64,000 nucleotides of DNA from a bacterium. Its GTDB lineage: Bacteria; UBA8248; JACPRG01; G963555815. Made by a program: the position numbers and the translations under genes. Below the pieces are notes generated by a model, which worked only from the letters and a program-made list of their open reading frames with translations, was not told the DNA's origin and did no database searches. Shown here one piece after another: positions 58,909 through 64,000 of this stretch (its first letter is position 1; the number at the start of each line of letters is the position of its first letter). The stretch lies in the NCBI GenBank assembly GCA_965218795.1, contig OZ244653.1, positions 2,656,001-2,720,000 of the forward strand, read 5' to 3'.

Positions 58909-59112
58909 TGTCAGGGCATGAGACGTGCATCGCCTAGATGCATGTCTCGAGCCTTCGCCCAGAATGTCCGCCGCTATGTGGGGGGGGCGGCGCGGCCGCG
59001 CAACGCCTCTACACAGATATTCGGACATACCCAAGCCCACGGGCGGGGATTGCCCCCATCTATCTTTCTCCGCCTGTCGCCTGCTCCGAAAAAACGCCCG
59101 TTTTTCGAGCGG

Positions 59113-60111
59113 TCAGCCGCCGCCCCCGGGAAGTGGACGAGACACCCCGGTCTCCCTGAAGGGCCCGCTCAGGCCCAGGAACGACCCGACGAACTCACCC
59201 TCGCTGCCGTCGTTCTCCTGGAAGTAGACACCATTGAAGCCCGCGACCAGTCGGGGGTTTCCGTCCGCGTCTTGGCGGCTGGACATGGCCCCGCCCCAAT
59301 CCCCCTCGGAATGCGTGATGGTCCGCTCCGGGTGTCTCACCGTCACCCTGTCGCGCTCGAACATGCCGTCCACTCTGATAATCGCCGTGGCGAGTTGGAG
59401 CTCGTAGTCCGCGGCTACGGCCTGCACGTCCCTCAACTCCTCGCCGAGAAAAACGCCGAAATGCGCGCGCTGCGTGACGAGATCGCCCACGCACCCGATG
59501 CAGCCTCTCAGGGTGCCGTCCGCGAAGTCCGCGGTGAGGGTGACCGTCCCCTGGTACTCGTCGATCACGAAGGCGCCCTCGTTCTCTCCCCAGTCGCTTC
59601 CGGCCACGTAGGTGTAGAGCCCCCCGGCCGGTCCCGCGTATGTGGCCGTCCCCTCGATTGGCAACTGCGGCACGATGCCATGGTCGAGTTCCGGGCCGTC
59701 GATGATCGCGTACCGTATCGATTCCTTGAACGATAGATCCGGCGGATGCTGGTCCGGGAACTGCGCCCACCAGCCGAACATGAGGTAGTCCGCCGGGTTG
59801 CCCGGGTCCCAGCTTACCAGGGCGTGGGCCACCGACGTGTCGTCCTCCGTTACCTTCAGGAACGTCCAGGCCCGCGCCTGGTGGCCGGGCATGGGCGTTG
59901 CCCCGGGCAGCGTCTCGATGACATCGTCGGTCGTGTTGACGGAAGCCACGGTTCCGTCGTCCAGCGTCACGAAAAACCGCAGGTTCGTGCCGTCGAACTC
60001 GGTATTCCTCTCGAGCTGAATAAAGCCTTCGGCTTCGGGTGGCGGGCCGTTGCGGCTCCCGCAGGCGGTCAGTACCAGCACCATAACGAGCAGCATAGGA
60101 ATGGATTTCAC
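59113..60111 (-). CDS. Surface lipoprotein with TbpB/fHbp-like C-terminal beta-barrel
   Basis: Lipobox LTAC; DYLMFGWW; LPIEGTATYAGPAGGLY; VTLTADFADG; FVGSF. Confidence 0.7.
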   Translation of the reverse strand: MKSIPMLLVMVLVLTACGSRNGPPPEAEGFIQLERNTEFDGTNLRFFVTLDDGTVASVNTTDDVIETLPGATPMPGHQARAWTFLKVTEDDTSVAHALVSWDPGNPADYLMFGWWAQFPDQHPPDLSFKESIRYAIIDGPELDHGIVPQLPIEGTATYAGPAGGLYTYVAGSDWGENEGAFVIDEYQGTVTLTADFADGTLRGCIGCVGDLVTQRAHFGVFLGEELRDVQAVAADYELQLATAIIRVDGMFERDRVTVRHPERTITHSEGDWGGAMSSRQDADGNPRLVAGFNGVYFQENDGSEGEFVGSFLGLSGPFRETGVSRPLPGGGG

Positions 60112-60464
60112 GTCAGTCCCCCAGCATCTGAGCCATACGGTCCTTCGTGGCGTTCGAGGTCCGAATCGTTGCGCCCGCCGCCGCGCTCGTCCCGGCCCCG
60201 CATCCCAACCTCCTGCACCATCACCGCAAGACCAGAGAACGCGACATCTAATAGTACACCAGAGACTTTTCAGCACCCTGCTAGCCCCACACATATCGCC
60301 TTGAATCTACGCCGCGCGTGTAAGAGGCCCTCTTACATCGTTGCTCTTTGGTATGCCAGTAGTTGTAGTGAAGGGTCTCGCCCATTTTCAGGAAAACGGT
60401 TTTCCAAGTCTTGCTGCGGCAATCAAGATAAGTGTGTCTGCTGGTGAGCTCCCCACTAAGCATC

Positions 60465-62325
60465 TCAGAAGGCAATGCGCAGAACGAGAGACAGCTGGTG
60501 GTCCTGACGCGACCCGTCGCCGAAGCGTCCGGCGTAGCCCGCGAGGACGCTCGCGCGCTCGGTCAGTTTCGCGCTCAGGCCAAGGTCGGCGCTCACCGAC
60601 TGGCGCGGCGGCGCGAAGCCCGGGAGGGTGAAGCGCCCGGGCAGGGTGTTGGAACCCGCGGTGACCAGGATGGGGTCGTCCTTGAGTTCCCTCTCATAGG
60701 TGACGCGGGCGTAGGGGCGGACCCCGCCGCCGAGGCGCCAGGTGAGCTGGTAGCCGCCGCGCGCGATGAGGGAATCGCGCTCGAAGTCGGAGAAGTTCAT
60801 CGAGGTGGAGGAGCGCCCGCTCTCCCGGTAGCCCTTGACCTTCTGATCGATCCAGACGAAACCGAGGAAGGGACCGTGCCGAAGAGCCGCGGGTTCACCG
60901 AAGAGCCAGCCCAGGTCGAGTTCGGTCCCGAACTGAACGGCGCTGGTGGAGCCGCGCTCGGGGCGCCGCGCCGGTCCAAGGCGGATCGAGCGCTCGATGT
61001 CCACCGATGTCCTGCCCCCGCTCAGGGCGCCGCTCAGGTGGAGGCCACCGGTACGCCACGTTCCGTGCAGCGAGCCGAGCACCACGGTGCTGTCGAGGCT
61101 CGCGCCCGTGACGTCGTTGTCGTGGCGAGCGAGGCTCAATGCGGCGCCCCAGTGCAAGTCGGCCCCCGCCCGGCGGTTGGCCCCCAGCGTGAGCACCTGC
61201 GTGTTGGCCCGCGTTTCGCCCAGGCGCGGCAGAACGTCAAGCTCATGCTTGCCGATGCCTCCCGTTACGTAGCCGCGCCAGCTCCCGACGGGTCGGTCAA
61301 GGGCGAAATCCGCCATCCGCTCCGTGGACACGGCGCCGCGGTGAACCCCCGCCACATCGACGCCCGCCTCGCCGACCAGTGAAACCTGGACCGGAGCGGC
61401 GAGGGTGGAGGTGACCACGCGGGCGATGATCGCGTGAGCCGCGCCGCTCGGATGTTTGTCGTCCGCGAACAGGTAGCGCTGATTGGCGCCGGGGGCGTAG
61501 GTCTTGGGATAACCCGAGCCCTCCGGACCGCATACGAGCGAGACCGGGCTGCGGTCCGTCAGGGGATTCGCGTTCAGGGGGCAGGCCGTTTCCCGGACGT
61601 TGGTGAAGCCGTACGTCTGGGGACTTTCGAGTAACTCCTCGGTCAGGGCCAGGATATTAATGGGGATGATGCCATCCTCGCGCGCGCGCAGAGCCGGTAT
61701 AGACCACCTCGTTATAGGCGGCGCTCAGTGCGGTCAGCGCTCCCCGGAGAGCCGGAGGCAGGTTGGCGGCGAATGGGATCACGCTGAGATCGGGCAGGTT
61801 GGGCACCACGATATAGCGGGCCCCGGCTTCCTGGAGACGCCGGACCTGCCCGGCATGAGCGGCGGCGGCGGCCAATGCGTGGGTCTGCGCATTGGCTGGA
61901 TCCACGAACAACGCGTCATTGATATCGTTGAGGCCGGCCCACAGGAAGTAGAGCGCGTCCGGGTCGGCTCGCCCGCCCGCCCGTGAGGAGAGGTGCTGGT
62001 CGACCTGCTCCGTGATTGTCGGCACTGGATTGCGGCACGGGCCCTCCGGGCGCACACAGGCGCCGCTCCAGGCGTAGTTCGGTCCGCCGGCGAGGGAGTG
62101 CCTGCCCGATGCGCCGAAGGTCTGCGCGATGATCTCGGCGGCGAGCGGGTCGGGGTTGGTGGTGAAGCTGCTGCCCGCTGGCAGCCCTTCCCGCTGGGCT
62201 ATATTGCCGGTGTCGCTCAGGCTGGCGCCGAACACGAAGAAGTTGCTGAAGCTCTGGGCCCAGGCGCTACCGGCGAGGACGGGAACGAGAAGAAGAACGC
62301 CGAGCAGGCGAAAATGACGAAGCAT
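60465..62325 (-). pseudogene. GDSL-lipase autotransporter (EstA-like), frameshifted near 61693
   Basis: FGASLSDTGN, NYAWSGA, WAGLND, PNLPD, YLFADDKHPS and beta-barrel ending in F; passenger domain split between frames. Confidence 0.85.
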
Positions 62326-62564
62326 GTGAAAGACCCCCTCTCTCATTTGGGAAATGATGATGAATTGATGACGCGGATCCGGCGAAATCAGCCGTTCTCA
62401 TGAGGGGCAACATACCACAACCCACGCCCCGGGCGGCATGGGGTCGGTGATCCTGCCACATTACCGATGAGGCGGCGCTTATTGCGCTGGATTGCCACGA
62501 GGACCTTGTCGAGGTCGCGCTCGGTGGCTTGGAGCATGGAAGTTCAATGGAAGTTCAGTAGAGG

Positions 62565-63043
62565 GAATGAACCGCGTCGAACTCTTCGCTTATCTCAGGG
62601 ACACCTTTGAGGCCACTTTGGACGGACGACCCAGCCCGCCTCAAATATCGTCCAACTTCTACTCTGGGCCTTTACTCTAGCATCAAGCTCAAGGTGACCA
62701 TGAATTAATGCTGGTGATCGGCTTCCTAGTCGTCACCGTCCTCGTCTACCATTGAAGCGAAGACAAGATAGGGCTCCCCGCCCAAGTCTCCGGCGATCTC
62801 CTTACCGTCCATTGCGACGCTGGTTTTGCCGACGACGAGACTGTACAGAAAAAGACATTTTCGACCACGCCGCCTCCTTGATCGAAACCGCAAAAATGAA
62901 CCGCGTCGAGTCTTCGCCTATCTAAAGGCCACACTCGAAGCCATCGCCGACGGACGGCCCTCCTTACAAACCGACCAAATCATGTCCTGGGCTTTCACAC
63001 CAACGTCACGATGAAATCCCCGCGGGGCAGGCGCAACGCTTAC
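62565..63043 (+). mobile_element. IS66 remnants: two TnpC C-terminal fragments and a right end
   Basis: MNRVE..AYL..T.EA..DGRP at about 62568 and 62897; terminal GGCGCAACGCTTAC (GTAAGCG IR) ends 63043. Confidence 0.65.
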
Positions 63044-63262
63044 AATGTAGTGGGTGTAGGTGACAACCGGATAGGCAGGAACAATCAAGCGACCGGCGAG
63101 TGGTTGTCGATTCCTCCATTCTCCGCCGCATGGTGCGAGGCCGCATCCGTTTCGCCACCCTCGGCAACGCCGAGACCATGACCCTGCTCCGTGCGATCCT
63201 CAGCGATATGGACAGAATAAACAGGAACTGTCAGCGGACGTTTCGGTTGCCTGTCGCGGGTC

Positions 63263-64000
63263 TCACTTTTCCGGAATAAGTCCGCGCGGAAAGAATCTTA
63301 GGACAAGAAGAAGAATAACGCCCATCGTCAACAGCCGCATGTAAGCGGCCGAGCGCAGCAAATGGGCGCGCAGGCCGCTGCCTTCCGGCAGGCCGGCGGT
63401 AACTACGTCCATCAGCCATAGCCCTACCGGTTCGACCTCTACCCAAAGAAACCAGACAATCATGCCCCCGAGAACGGCGCCCCAGTTATTTCCGGAGCCG
63501 CCGAGGATCACCATGACCCAGACCAGGAACGTGAAACGCAGAGGCTGGTAGGAACCGGGGGTGAGCTGGCCGTCCAGCGTGGTGATCATCGCGCCCGCGA
63601 TGCCGCAGACGGCCGAGCCCAGAATGAATGTCTGCAAGTGTCGAGCGGCCACGTTCTTTCCCATGGCTTCCGCCGCGGTCTCGTTGTCGCGGATCGCGCG
63701 CATCATCCGCCCCCAGGGCGAATTGAGCGCTTTCTGGGACAGCCACAGCAGAACCAGCAGCACGGCGGCGAACAGGGCGGCATAGGACAGCTTCACATAT
63801 GCCGATGACAGATCGACCGGATCCACGCCGAGACGCGACGCCCATCCGAGGAAGGCTTCCGATTTCTGAAGATCCACCTCGTAGGCGACCGGACGGGGAA
63901 GACCGGTGACGTTCTTGACGCCGCGGACAAGCCAGTCTTCGTTCTTGATGACAATAATGATGATTTCGGCGATTCCGAACGTCGTGATGGCCAGGTAATC
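63263..64000 (-). CDS. livM: Branched-chain amino-acid ABC permease (5' partial)
   Basis: DYLAITTFGIAEII, SPWGRMMRAIRDNE, MVILGGSGNNWGAVLG, PRGLIPE. Confidence 0.93.
   Translation of the reverse strand, partial: DYLAITTFGIAEIIIIVIKNEDWLVRGVKNVTGLPRPVAYEVDLQKSEAFLGWASRLGVDPVDLSSAYVKLSYAALFAAVLLVLLWLSQKALNSPWGRMMRAIRDNETAAEAMGKNVAARHLQTFILGSAVCGIAGAMITTLDGQLTPGSYQPLRFTFLVWVMVILGGSGNNWGAVLGGMIVWFLWVEVEPVGLWLMDVVTAGLPEGSGLRAHLLRSAAYMRLLTMGVILLLVLRFFPRGLIPEK

Overview
GC-rich, IS-riddled accessory region. About 5.4-47.8 kb is an F-type conjugative element (ICE or integrated plasmid; no integrase or rep gene is visible). It has a CI/Cro-like switch (5.4-7.1 kb), a traALEKBVC-(HD)-trbI-trhF-traWU-trbC-traNFHG operon, a convergent exclusion-like gene, traD and a MOBF relaxase-helicase. 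A cargo block follows at 29-41.4 kb, then an RHH gene next to an oriT whose nic site matches 13 nt of plasmid F (42259-42271), then a leading region (DUF2493, DUF4326, Toprim, ssb, Zn-ribbon repeat protein) transcribed towards oriT. The cargo holds two candidate defence-like modules, each with its own twin-operator promoter: (i) an ATPase plus STAND-type ATPase-wHTH-TPR pair, and (ii) a coupled four-gene operon of unknown protein, QueC-like ligase, XRE-ImmA/IrrE and PIN, which is the best candidate for an undescribed system. Ankyrin proteins, a truncated M28 peptidase and a HEPN-like gene are also present. Many backbone genes appear to carry clean internal deletions, so the element is probably no longer self-transmissible. 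Flanks: two related IS3 copies facing inward, the right one containing two nested IS110 elements; a CARDB/Ig-repeat lipoprotein; a metal-uptake operon with an RGPP-type leader ORF; IS407, IS481 and IS66 remnants; a frameshifted GDSL autotransporter; and a partial livM. Ankyrin, TPR, Calx-beta and CARDB content suggests a host-associated (e.g. sponge) symbiont, which is inference only. All family calls come from motif recognition by eye, with no database searches.
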